A stretch of 57,147 nucleotides of DNA from assembly GCA_003614675.1 (NCBI GenBank), contig ML002252.1:1-57147 (forward strand). The letters are read 5' to 3'. Origin of the DNA: Dimargaris cristalligena (lineage: Eukaryota). Below, one piece after another: positions 24,338-37,408 of the stretch. Numbering within the stretch: position 1 is the stretch's first letter; each line of letters starts with the position of its first letter. The notes under the pieces are model-generated. The model was given only the letters and a program-made list of their open reading frames with translations, made no database searches and was not told the origin of the DNA. The position numbers were made by a program, and so were the translations under genes.

Positions 24338-27300
24338 CTATTTGGGTCGCTGACTCTCTCTAAGACCAGGCTGACCGACCATTTGCTTACGCACCACCAA
24401 GAACTCCGGTTCACTTTTTAGCGGCGTGCCCGCCACCACGACGTCCTCCGGTTCGGATTCACTCTGCGATATAATGCCGTGGTTACGGGCTTCCGCCTCG
24501 TCGTCCTCCACCTCCCGGCGTTCCACCCGCACGGGACGTTCGGTGGCCTGGGCCTCCGTCACCTCCACCATATCGTCCAGCACGGACGAGGTCGGTTCCT
24601 CCCCCTCCGCCCACCGGTGCCTGGTGGTAGGCAGCGGGCGGCTTATTTCGGCAATCGGTTGGGGGGCCATGGTTGCCGCAGCCGAGATCACTTCAATCGA
24701 CGAATCACCATCCCCCGGGACGAGTGTATCCAAGGGACTATTATTGCCCAAATAAGTGGACCCCAACGAACCGGTGTGGCAGTGGGAGTCCGGAACCGAT
24801 ACTGATGCGATCGATCGCCGGCTAATAATGTGCTCGTAGGCCGAGTCATCATCCTCGTCACTTCCCTCCTCATCCAGGACCTGTTCTCGGGACCTATCCG
24901 ACTCCAACTCATCTGCCATACTGTCGTCATCGTAGGGGTCCCCCCCACTATCGCTAGCGTCGTCCCCATACAGATAATCGGGCGCGCGATCGGCTATTTC
25001 AAAGACCGGCGTACCTAACCCACGATTGGTGAACTCGGTCAGTTGCTCCCGGAGATCCTCGAATTCGGCTATATTACGTACGAAAAAGCCAAGCATCATA
25101 CAGGGATCCAAGCGGTCGAGGGAAATCTTGAAAGGCGTTGAGCAATGGAAAGACGGGGTATCAAGTGTGCTGGGCAGTTGGTCAGCGGGGTCGAGTTGGG
25201 GGCTAGTTCGTGTGAAATGGGGGTCGAGGAAAATGAACCCATTATCCTCAAAGCCCACAAAATAGGCGGCTGATCCCGGTTTGCCTCCGGCAATGCCCAC
25301 GAAATGGGATAGAGTAAAACAATACTTTAAAAAAGCGTAGTAAATCTTGTTGATGTTCTGAATACCAAGCCGGGTGGGCACCAAAATCAAAGTAGGGTGA
25401 ATCGACGGGGTATCGCCGTCCTCTTCTTCTCCGGAGCACTTGGATTGGGCGACAAGGGTGTCTTGGTATACCACCCCATCCGTGGCCAAGTAGGCTTGTA
25501 GGCCCATGGGACGAGTCCGGTTGATGAGGTCCCTGATAAAATAGTTGGCCAAAAAGGGGGGGGGGGTGAGAGATTAGGGGAAACAGAGGTCGTGAGTTGA
25601 AAATTGGGGCCGTCGAGGAAGAGGGGAGCCAGGGGGGATCACAGGGCGACCTTTTGGGCTGGGCTTCCAATTTTTTTTTAAAAAAAACCCCTACGAAAAT
25701 CACTAGGTAGTATCAACACCACCTAACCTACCTGAGTACATGGCAGGCCATGTGGGGGCCAAACCAATTTCCGACGGCATTATCAAACTCCGCACCCTTC
25801 TGGGCTAGGTTGTGGATCGAGAGGGGGGAAGATGGACCGGGCAAGTCCACAAATAATTTGAGGATCTACCCAGTGGAATGAGTGGACGAATGTGTTTAAA
25901 TAAAACTGTAAAAAAACGTTAGTTCCGAACAGCCTTAAGAATGTTAAAAGGAGACAGCATGTCGAAACGACAACTCCCTATAAATATTTCAAAAATATGT
26001 ATATGAATATAAAACCCCTTACAAATCGACCCCAATTGTCCAGCAACATTGGATTTTATATAAATTATTGGCCTAAATTCCCCAGTATTACTCCTTCTAA
26101 GGTTATAAACAGTACTTACCTGGCGATAAGTGCGATAAACACTCTGGTCTTCGTCAGTGGTTCGCCAGTCACGGCCCAAAAGATAGACCACATAGGCCTG
26201 GGCCACCAAAGACTGGGCCGACCTGAGCATGCATCCCCAGCCGGCATCGGTGGTCAGGGTCGAATTCGGTAGCGCCGGAAACTGCGATCGGTAGGTGCAC
26301 CAAATACGGGACTCGAAGTCGTGTAAAAAGGCGGCGGGGTATGACGCCGATGCCCCAGACAACCCCGCCAAGGGGTTGGTGATAGAGCCAATAAGCGACG
26401 AGGCATAGGGGATTTCCTTTGGAGTCGAGGTGCCGAGGGCCATCGCCCGCTGGAGGGGGGGCTTCGGGTCTGGTAATGGGGAGGAATCCCCGGGAGTATG
26501 TGGGGTAGCAGGAGGGGCAGCAGGAGGGGATGCGGATAACCTCGGGCTCGATTCATAGACACCTTCGGGAGCCGACGGGGGCGATTTACCCTGCGGGGAA
26601 GTGTCGGGATTTTCCCGGTAATACTTATGTCCAAGTATCCACAGCTCTAGGTAAATAGGCGACCCGATTGGAGGTTCAAATAGGAGGTTGCAATGGGAGT
26701 GTGGCGAGTTAACGTGTGGCATTAATAAGCAGCCTGGAAGTAGGGCCAGTGGTTGTATATTCAACTAGGTCCGTCACAGCCGAGGTGTTCGACTAAATAA
26801 ACGGTTGGACTCACGTTCTCCGATAAGGGGGAGGGGGGGGTCACCTTGTTTGGTGGCAAAAATCGACTCAACTAGGCAAATTAGACATGGCCGGAGAAAA
26901 AAAGGAAGGAGACGTACCGTTAGAGAAAGGGCCGGCCGGGCCCAGAAACCCCCATTGTTCCACTGCATTGGACAGTGCGTGAAACCAGCTTCGGACATTG
27001 GTGGTTACGGCTGTCGAGAGACTCTGGGCGGCTGGGGTCGGCAGCGCCTGGTCGGGACTGCCCGCTGTTAAGTAAACCACCGGAGTAAAAGGGTGTATAG
27101 AAGGGAGCGGGAGGCTAGAAAAAGGTGAGCAGCCCGTCTATTCGTTGCGAAAGCCCGGAACTATTTTTCTTTAACTGTCCACTGCTTCGATATATATATA
27201 TAACGGAGCCAACCACCACCATTCAACACTAGGATTCAAGAAAGTGGCCTGCCGAAGCAATCAGGTTTAGCAGTCCTCCCAGTGGTAATGAAGGGGTCGG

Positions 27301-27415
27301 TTGCATTACTTCGAGCGGACGGTCAAATGGCCTAGCCTGGCTTACCATGGGTTTTGGGAGGAACCGTGGGGCTCGGTTTAGCCTCTTCGTCCGAGGAAGA
27401 CACAGAGTTCGGCAT
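24338..27415 (-). CDS. ATG4: Cysteine protease Atg4 (peptidase C54); exons 27415-27346, 27064-26918, 26646-26120, 25865-25732, 25532-24338
   Basis: Motifs TDAGWGCMLRSAQ (catalytic Cys), GNWFGP, GIAGGKPGSAAYFVG, FLDPH (Asp/His) and LDPCMMLGF. All introns are GT-AG with consistent phases. Exons 1-2 are less certain. Confidence 0.92.
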
Positions 27416-28806
27416 GGGACAACCAGAGCACAGCCGGGTATACGTGTATAATGTGAGATGGAAGAAGTAAATAAGTCCTTCCGAATATTCCCGTGAGGGT
27501 TCTACGTGGGTGACTGGGGGTGGGGGATACGAAGCGGTACAAGAAGTATAGAACTGAAAAAGAAGTAACCAATGCCAAACTATACTAAGGAGGCGATGAG
27601 CAGCCCAGTTCAGAAAGACAACCTAAGCCCGGTACTGTCAGAGCATGAGAGTGTCTTCATAGTCCTTCTTCCTCCCCTCCCACGGTGAGCTACGGGCCAG
27701 GAGGGGAGGGGAAACTACTACGTATGTGTGCTGACTACCGGGATGTAATAACGGCCTGTTGCCAAGCTCCGGAGTGGAGAAATTCCTCCTATCCATCATA
27801 AGCGAAAAATATCGGCATTTCCTATCACTTCTACCTCTTTATCAGCTAGCATAGGTTCCTTTTGATTGGGAATAGTAAAGCCATGCCCCGTTTCCTAGAA
27901 GCGGCCAACAGCCCCCACATATCATCTGACTGGCCCCATGTCTTACAGCACCCATATAACAGTTGAAGCAAGGACAAGAACAGCTTAATTATCCGAGTGA
28001 AATCGATCATCTATTACCAAATCATACGGTCGCCCAAAGCGTACAAAACCACATAAGCCCATTTGCATGTTCCTCCAATTGTGCCATTAGGAGATACAGG
28101 GGATGTTCGAATTAACCGTGAGTCCTCCTCCCACTGTCCAGTCACTATTATGACCAGGAGAAAGGACTAAATTTCGAACACGGCTATCATGAATAAAGCG
28201 AACGTATCCCCCGACTGAAATATGAGCAGTCAACACCGGACCCTGGCATTGCTAATCCGCCAATGTTACCACCCCCGCAACCCTCTACATCTCACCCAGT
28301 AAACTCGAGCAGAAATATCCAATTATATCAGCTGGTTTATTATAGGCACTGGAGGGGCATATCCCCTTCAATTATAAAACCCCCCATATTCCAGCCAAAT
28401 AAAATAATTGAAATGGTAATGAGGCCGCGGTTAAGGGCAGCGCGCTAAAAACCGCGGGATTAGAACCCGTAAAAAACCACAGAAACAACATCAACTAAAA
28501 CTAAGAATTGGGAGGCGTGTATAAAAGCCTACACACGTCCGACAACAACCTGACCAACATCAAGGCTGTATTTTTTTTCTATGAACCGAATTATTAAAGA
28601 AGAAAGCAGGAAGGGGTATATATGGTGATAAAAATAAGTACCGTTAATCGTTGGAATGACTCCCTCATACTCCACGAGAGAGAGAGACTAGGAGAACCTC
28701 TATCCAAACGATTGGGGAAAAGAACGATGCGTATAAAAAAATAATAATTGAAAATGCGGTTGAGATGTCCCCCCCTTCCCCTTATTCCGAATTGAACGGA
28801 AGAAGC

Positions 28807-31800
28807 TCACATCTTGCTATTTATGATCTCCTCGGTCGAGCGAGTGGGTTCCCACATGTTCTTGGCGATGTGCTCCCGCAGAGCGTCCGAGCCATACAGG
28901 TCGAGCACGGTAGCGTCGTTGGCCACCTTATCTTGGACGGCCTGGTTGCACACGGCCAGGGCCACATCGACACTGACCTCACGGATGCGGGTGAGACGGG
29001 GGTAGAGCAGGTTGTTTTCGCGTTCGCTTTTGTTGAGCGATTCGGACAGGGCGCGGGCAGCGGCGTAAATCATGGTGTCAGTGATGTGGGAGGGTTTGGC
29101 CAGGGTGGCCCCGAGACCGAGACCGGGGAAGATGTACATGTTGTTGCCCTGACCGGGGATCCGGACCTCACTGGTGCCGGGGATGGTGTAGGCCGGGAAG
29201 GCGGTTCCGGAGGCGAAGATGGCGCGGTTGGCGGTGTTGACCATGGCCTGTTCGAAAGTGCACTCGGCGTTGGCCAGAGGGTTCGACAGGGGGAACACGA
29301 TGGGGCGCTCGTTGAGCTCGGCCATCCGGCGGAGGGCGGCCTGGTCGAACACCCCGGACTGGGCGCACAGGCCAATCAGAGCGGTGGGCTTAACGTAGTT
29401 GATGGCGTCCAGAAGGGTCTTGCACTGTTGGCCCTCGTTGTCCTGGCGGGCAAAAAAGACCTTGTGGTTGGCCAGCTTGTCGCCACGGTCGGTGGTGATG
29501 AGGCCCTTGCTGTCGGAGAGCCAGAACTTCTTCTTGGCTTCCGCCTCAGTGAGGCCGTGCTCAATGACGAAGTACTCCATCAGCTGCTTGGCAACACCCA
29601 CCCCGGCGCTACCCGCACCGTGGAAGAGAATCCGGTGCTCGGTGGCCTTGATGGGCGCGTGCTTGACGGCGTTGATGAATCCGGACAGGATCACGGCACC
29701 GGTACCCTGGATATCGTCGTTGAAGCAAAAATATTCATCGCGGTACTTGGCCAGGAGGTCAAAAGCGTGCTCGGACGAGAAGTCTTCGAACTGGATGAAG
29801 ATGTGGGGGAAGTGGCGCACCAGGGCCTTCATGACCTTATCCACGGCCGGGAAGAAGTGGTCGTCGTCGGGGCGGCCCTGACGTAGACCCAGGTACAGCT
29901 TGTCCTTGAGGAAACGGTCCGTGTTGGTACCAAAGTCCAGGCAAATGGGCAGGGTACGGCGGGGGTCCAGACCGGCAGCCGCGACGTAGAGCTGCAGCTT
30001 GCCGACGGGGATACCCATACCGTTGACACCCAGGTCACCGAGTCCCAGGATACGGGAACCATCGGTAATGACGGTGATCTGAGGCGTCAGCTCGGGATCG
30101 GGCAGAGCGGCGTTGTAGTTGGCGAAGATCTCGTCGAGGTTGTCGAGGTCCTTGATGGAGATGAACAGACCGTCGGGCTGGCCGGGAGGGGCCAGGAAGG
30201 GCTGAATGTGGGAGTACTCCAGGCAAGCGGAGCCCACAGTGGGGGTGTAGATCAATGGAGTGACTTCCTAATAGAGGGGTGGAGTAATAAATAAGGGTCG
30301 AGGAGAGGGTGTCTCATATAGTATGGCAGTGGGTGAGTGGGTGAGTGGGTGTGATGGGTGATATTAGATGGAGAGTGGGTATCCCCGTGGTCACGTGGAG
30401 TGGAGGGAAGAAAATAGCTCAGCTTAGTGGCATTGGCTGGCGATAATAGAGATTGGTGGTGGGAGGAAATGATTGAAAAAGAGTCATCCCAGGCAGGGTT
30501 CGCGATACCAATCGGGATGTAAACCAACCAGGAAGGCACCGAAACCACCCGATTGGCAGCGGGGAGTGAGGGCCCAAATACAGACAGGATAGGAAGACGA
30601 GGAACTCAGCCAGAGCGGAGTGACAGATGACCAAGCTGGCTGCCCCGCCAACCACGGCTCCCGATAAATAACGAAAGGACATTTAAAGGAGGTTAAACCA
30701 CTTAGGACCGGCACGTGAGGTTAGGAAGCAGCCCCCGCTTTACACCCGTCAGCTACCCAATAGCACCGCCATTTTTAGTAGACCGGCCAGGTCAAGGCCA
30801 AATAAACTGGTCTAGGTAGGTAGGCACGGAAAGCAAAGCACATGTGGCCTAAGGGTGGGGGCGGGGAACTGATAATGACAATCCTTTTTTTCATTATCAT
30901 CAGCCACGGCCTTGATCTTCAAGAGTAGCCTAATCAGTTCCCGGATGCCCCCGACTCCACACAGTGCTGCCACCCCAGCTGGACTAATAGGGCCAAGTTG
31001 ATGGACCATCGCATTAAAAAGGCAACATGGTGACACTCGGGGGGAACACTGCACCGCTCCATATTAAGCGAAGGGGCTAATATGCAGCTCGCAGGCCGCT
31101 GTTCCCCCATTGCATTGCAGTACACCTTAGTTAGCGCATTTCCCTTCTCGGCAAGCAAGGACCGCAATCGCCCTAACCCTCCTCAATCACCTTCGCATAG
31201 GGCCATTTAAGGTGAATGAACGGATGGAAAGGAAAAGGACATTGGCCCCACACCTAATAACCCATTAATAATAAATGGCTAGAGAAGAAGGTGTAATATA
31301 TAGATGGATAAATATCACAAAAAGGCCTTACCTCCAGATTATCCAGCAGCACACGGTAGAAGAGCTGCATATTGGTGTTCTTGAGCCACGACAGGAACAT
31401 GTACTTTTCAATGTCGGTCTTCTTGAGGCGCAGCTGCTCCAGGGCGCGTTCCTCCTGGTTTTCAAAGCTGTCGATACCGGCCGGCACCAGACCGCGCAGG
31501 TGCAGCTTGTTGCGGACCTCATTGGGGATCACGGTACCTATAGGACCAGGAGCCCGGGTCGGGAATGGGAATGAGGAGCACAATTAGTAACGGACCGACT
31601 GAATAAATAAATGGGAGGAGGTGTTTATATGTGCTAGCGGCTTTTTTAAAACTGGGAAATACCCCTTAAGCGTACCTTGGTTATCGAAGTTGGAGTGGAC
31701 CCAGGTGCGGGCAGCCTCCTCGTCTTCGAGGGGATTGGGAGAGTGTCTCGAGTGGGTCATGGTGGCGGATATCGAAGGAACACGGGCGGAGCGCTGAATC

Positions 31801-31871
31801 AGACGAGCGGAGATGGTCGAGGCAACAAGGCGGGAGCGGGGGACAAGTTGAGTCCAAGGACGACGGAGCAT
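28807..31871 (-). CDS. MAE1: NAD(P)-dependent malic enzyme; exons 31871-31676, 31537-31332, 30267-28807
   Basis: Motifs PLIYTPTVG, TDGSRILGLGDLG, IQFEDF, FNDDIQGTG, GAGSAG, FPLSNP and GQGNNMYIFPG. Introns are in phase. Confidence 0.93.
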
Positions 31872-32708
31872 TACCAGGGGGGCCGGTAGGGCAGTGCACA
31901 CAGGCGAGCGATAGCGAGAGAGGGGGGAACAGAGGAACGGCCAACGGTAGCGGGCCAAGACGGGCAATAAATACACGCACACTGGAACTGGAGAGGGCCT
32001 GAAAAAAAAGGGCAATGGCTATAGCTATTATTAGAGCTATAATAGAGGAAGAGGGATGGGACAATTAAAGCGAGGATGGGAGGAGGTTGTCGTTGTTGGT
32101 CTTCACAGTTACACACACATGGCAGGTGAAAGAGTATAAAATCGGGTTTTACTAGTAAAAAGGGAGTCAGCCCACCACCACAGCTCTCTCCCCGCCAGCG
32201 TTTTTATACGCCGGAACGCCCCAGGAGACAAGATGAACGAAGAAGAAGATTTCGTTACACATATATCTGCCTCCGGTCTACTCCGACACCCAGCAAGCAT
32301 CTATCACCTCCTCCCTGCGAAATAGCCAAAAATCCATCACGTCAACAGGCTTGTTTTTGACTAATGACTAACTGTCACCACAAACCGACAATTGGTCAAA
32401 GCGAGGGGCACAGCGGCCCCCTTCGCTGCTGATAAAGGCGCCTCCCACTTCCCAAAGATATAACCAAAGAGTAAATGGTAAAGGTTTGGGTGACTCATCT
32501 TACCACCACCACCAACCAGCCTTTCAAAGAGGCTAATATTAGTAGGAGGAGAGAGAGGGAGGGACCCTACCGATTATTACCACTGCTGGGGGATTATCGA
32601 AGCACTTTAAACCGAGCGGAATTCCCAGGAAGTCAGCCAATTCCACCAACAGGCGACTAACCAATTGTATGGGATTCTCTAATCACAATAGAATATGTAA
32701 TAATCCGA

Positions 32709-32742
<34 letters not shown>

Positions 32743-35065
32743 GATCTTGGGCTTGGTTTTGTTAATAAATAATAAAATAAGAGATTGTCGGTAGTATTCA
32801 GCTCGGAATTTCAGGTGAAGGTCTGCTGGCTCCGATTCCTTCATTTCTACCCAATATGCTCTTGACCCGTAATCTCCGAAGAGTGTCTTGGCAGCGAAAA
32901 TAAATGAGTGGTAAACCACATTATATTCCCTATGGCATGGAGTCGTACTTTTTTTTCCAAAGAACCATCCTTAGGCCCGGCTGGGCGCTGCTATATATAT
33001 ACGATAGTTGATCGGATGGCCATTGTGGGACCACCACCTCTACTCGCTTTGGCAACCAAAACCCATTCCCCTGTTCCAATCAGATATGGCAGGCATTGCA
33101 CGAGTGTCCACCCCCCTATGCTGGGCTTTAGTCACCTGACTTGATATACTCCAATTTCCTCGTAATTTTAGTACCGTCTAACCTCATTAGCACAGAGTGC
33201 TTGCTTAGGCGGCCGCCGAAATAAGCCCCGGCTGGGTAGAGGGGGCGACGGCCCCTACCGTAGCACTCCCCGCATCACCCTCATGTGAGGCTCTACCCCT
33301 CGACTGGACACCACCGGGACTGCCGCGCATTAAAAATGTAATTAACTAACTTTCGAGTAAACTATTATTCGACTATGCCTATGCAAGGTCCAGTCTGTAC
33401 TATTAAACACAGACGAAGGGGCTCGGAAATACACGGGTCGAGTCATCGAAATGCCCACCATACCAGGAGGGGTTTGGTAGGATGACTTATGACTACCGTC
33501 CATATTTGGGATTCTGTGTGTGTGGGACATGTTAATTTGCATTGGAGAGGTATCGCCAGCAAACCAGCGACCCATCCTTTGCTACCCAGTCTTGGCATCG
33601 CCTGGCCAAATGGACTTACTTAGTCGTTCCAGGAAATACGGCTAATTGCATACCCAACTGGCTCGTTGTTGCCTTCCATATTGCGTTCAAAGCGTTCCAG
33701 TTGGTGGTGGTGGTGGCCGGGTTTACTAGGCTTAGACGCCATAATAGGATGGGCGTATATGATACGATGGCATCCATTAATACAACAAACATATAAGCTG
33801 CTTATCCGGTCCATCTCTGCTCCCTCATATCTGCGCGTGGATATTTTACAGCCAGTCCCGAAAGCCTAGGCCGGTTACTATAGCAAATGCGCGAATTAGA
33901 CGAATCGTAGATTGAAAAATACCATCTCCCGTCCAAATAGGCCCCCCCACCCAATTGGCACATACCTCCCTGGGTTATTGGTAAATTAGTGTCCAGAGCC
34001 CTCAGAAAACGAGACTCGTATTACATAGGCTGCCCGTTGATTGCTTTGATTTTATATCTGGCACCCAATAGAAGTACCCTATATGTATTATATCCGTCAT
34101 TAGTCTTATCGCAAAAGACCCGCATCCCCCCTCATCTACAGCAGATCAACTCGAAGTAAATATATAATATAACACTGCCTATTCCTAAGTAGAAATAGAC
34201 CGAGGGGTTTTTATCGACTATTATTGCCCTGGGCTTCTATTAAACAACTGCAACAATAGTCTATAGTTCCTAATCTATAGGAGCGCTTCTAGGGATGCCC
34301 ATTCCACTTTACCAGGGCGGCTGGCCTTAACAGAGCATAAGACAACCCACAGCAGTGGGTGTGGGTAACACAGCCAGAGTGGGATTTATTCTCAGTTACC
34401 AGGCAAGTGGAAGGTACCCCGGTCGGTATATGAAGCGGCTATGGTATTATCCAGCGCGCTAAATCCACCGTATTCGATATTTAACTGCCGATTATCTTCT
34501 GCCATGGCTTAATCTCCCTCCTTGATTCATAGGCTGGCGGTATCTTTGCCTGTGCTTACCGTATCCCCTTCCCCCTTTTAATACAAAAGGGCTGTTCTGA
34601 AGCTGTAGGTGTATAGCGGTGAATGGCCTTCGCAGTGGCAACTGATACCAAGGGGCTTACCGACTGAAACATGTCTGATCGATGACACTAGCCCTCTCTA
34701 TCCCTTCGCCCTCTCCATTAACGACGACGAAGTCACCCCCCCCCCCCCCCAAAGCCTGCCAATATAATGGATTGAAAAAAATCGATTCCTGGTTAAGGTG
34801 TGAGAGAGAGAGAAGGAGTATACTTATGTCCCCCGTATAACTGCGCGTTGCCCATCCGACTTTACGTTATTATTGCATTAGAATACACTTAACCCTAGTC
34901 TCCCGGTTTAGCATAACACTTCCCTTTTCACCACCAAGTCAGTGTTCACATTCATACCTGTTAGCCGGTTAATTATTATATCCGGCCACTTTCCACCTGC
35001 CTCAGTTTCTTATAGAGGCCCTCCCCACCTCCTTACCTATCTGATTTGACCGTGCTACTCCTACC

Positions 35066-35944
35066 ATGTCGGTCCAGGATGCGTTTCAACTAGCCAACCG
35101 CCGCTGGATACCAGCGGTCGGTTTAGGAACGTGGCGTATGACCAAGTCCCAGGTCAGTACGTCGGTCCAATATGCTCTAGAAAGTGGTTACCGCCACTTT
35201 GATACGGCATCGGCCTTTGGGACGGCCCATATTTTAGGGGATACCCTCGCACGATTCGACATCCCCCGCGAACCGCTGTTCCTTTCGTACAAGCTATGGC
35301 CCACCGAATACCGGCGCCACCATGTTCGGCCCGCCGTCGAAAAGATGCTACAGGACCTGCAAGTGGATTATCTGGACGCCGTCTTGCTCCACTTTCCCGT
35401 GGCGTTCCACACGGGGGCCGGCGGTAAACTAACCATTGACCGCACCCACGATATCGGCGAAACGTGGTCCGAACTAGAGACGTTCGTCACCGAAGGCCGC
35501 ATTCGGTCCCTGGGGGTATCCAATTTCAGTATAGCCGACCTGAACCATCTGCAGTCCCGCGGGGGTAAAATAGCCCCCGTTCTTAATCAGGTGGAACTCC
35601 ACCCTTTTCACCCCCAGTGGGAATTGCTCGAGTATTGCCGGAACCACGGGATTCATATGATCGCGGCTAGTCCGCTGGGCGGCACGGCCGGTAAGGCTTT
35701 GCGGAACGATCCCACCATTAATCGCATCGCGCAGGCCCATAACAAAACCGTGGCCCAGGTCCTGTTGAGTTGGGCCATCAAGCGAGGTACTTCGGTCGTC
35801 CCCCGGTCGACAGACCCCCAGCGGATTGCATCCAACATGAAAGGCATGTCCCTGACCGACGGCGAAGTGGCCGAAATTAACGACCTGGAGGAGCGGGCCC
35901 AATTTATCGACCACAGTAAAGTGCTGGGTATTGCCGGCCTTTAA
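35066..35944 (+). CDS. Aldo-keto reductase family protein (catalytic Tyr position is Phe)
   Basis: Motifs IPAVGLGTW, GYRHFDTA, LLHFP, SLGVSNF, NQVELHP and VPRS. Single 292-aa ORF. Confidence 0.92.
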   Translation: MSVQDAFQLANRRWIPAVGLGTWRMTKSQVSTSVQYALESGYRHFDTASAFGTAHILGDTLARFDIPREPLFLSYKLWPTEYRRHHVRPAVEKMLQDLQVDYLDAVLLHFPVAFHTGAGGKLTIDRTHDIGETWSELETFVTEGRIRSLGVSNFSIADLNHLQSRGGKIAPVLNQVELHPFHPQWELLEYCRNHGIHMIAASPLGGTAGKALRNDPTINRIAQAHNKTVAQVLLSWAIKRGTSVVPRSTDPQRIASNMKGMSLTDGEVAEINDLEERAQFIDHSKVLGIAGL

Positions 35945-36015
35945 GGGAGGGAGAGAGGCACCTTAATTTCTACCAGACTTCGTAATAATAAAACGGGCCT
36001 TGGTTTTATAAGCAC

Positions 36016-36051
<36 letters not shown>

Positions 36052-37408
36052 TACCCTTGTCAATTGTATCTGTGGGACTGGGATTTCGATAGCCGCCTTA
36101 TTTTTACCACGACACCAGCGGCGTGGTCTACCAGCAGCTAACCATTGGGTGGATTTGTATTTTGGCCAAGCATCCCCAATACAAAAACAATATAGTCAAC
36201 TTTTTAGTTAGCCTTGTGTATCATGAGCATGCAATGATTTTCATTTTAGGGATATGGACAGGAATCCTCACGCCCGTATAAGGGGGCCTGCTTAACATGT
36301 CAATGGAGGAATAGGTGGGAAGGGCGTGCTTAACCAGCAACACCCGTTGCATCAGGCGAGTTATTCGGCGTATGGGGGAGAACTGGAACCTCCCCCCCGT
36401 ATTTACAACCCTGAAGTTGCCACCAGGTCAACGTAATCATTCGACCAGACTCTTTAGAGATCGCAGGATGGGGGAGGTAATTGGTCCAAACGCTTATCGA
36501 GAATCATATAATATGAAAAATAAAGAAGGATGCAGTAGTAAACCAGACCGCACTCGCTAGAGCGTATTTGATTTCAGCAATGAAAGTGCATGGGCCAGTA
36601 CCGAGAGCTCCGGTATCTTCAGCGATATCCGGAAAATGAATATTGGAAGCGTTCAACTCAGTTGTAGTAAGTAGCAGGTAGCATAGTGTTGAACTAGGAG
36701 GGTTTAGTATACAATACACAACCCATTTATCATCATCACCCTCGTATATCGCTCAAAATGCGATACAGCGGAATCCCCACCAACCGCGGGGCCACCAACA
36801 TTACTGCGACCCTCCTATACATTCTCCGGATCATTAAAGCTGCCCTATTATTACTTAGCTATAACGCCTTTCATGTACTTCCCCATTAGCAAACCATATA
36901 TGATTTAAATAGGTAAGGTTCCCGGAATTCAGTGGCCGTGCCTTTTCTCCCTCTCTCACCCGGCTCGATTGGGATTGGTTTGTGGAAACGCCCATCCCTG
37001 GAATTAGTCTATTCTTAGCCACTCAGTTTGATTCAGTTTAGTAATGGCTGATTCTGGTATTAACTTACCTAATCACCTTCCCATATACAGATAAGCCATG
37101 ATCCTAGCTAGCAACATAGCCGCCGCCCAGCATGGTGCAATGTTTGGGCACCATCGCATGTGTCCCTCCTTTACAGCAGCCACCTTAATAAATATGCCTC
37201 CCATCCACCGTACCGGTATTATTTTCGACTCTCTCTTTGTGTTTTTTACCACACTGGTGTGGTGGTGGGGTTCATGGAATTCTCTTCATTATCCGTCAAA
37301 GACGGGATGGTGGGGTATGCTCAGGGTATCTCATTTTCTCCATCCACGGATTATCCCAACCGGCCGGCCAATTCCCTTTTAGAGGGAAAAACGGCTCAAG
37401 TTGGGAGA

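Noticed and set aside
568-27415. ATG10, HAC1-like and ATG4 within 27 kb as a possible proteostasis cluster
   Set aside because: They are separated by unrelated genes and long gaps. Without synteny or co-expression data, chance is sufficient.
28765-29886. 373-aa plus-strand ORF
   Set aside because: Antisense shadow of malic enzyme caused by strong codon bias.
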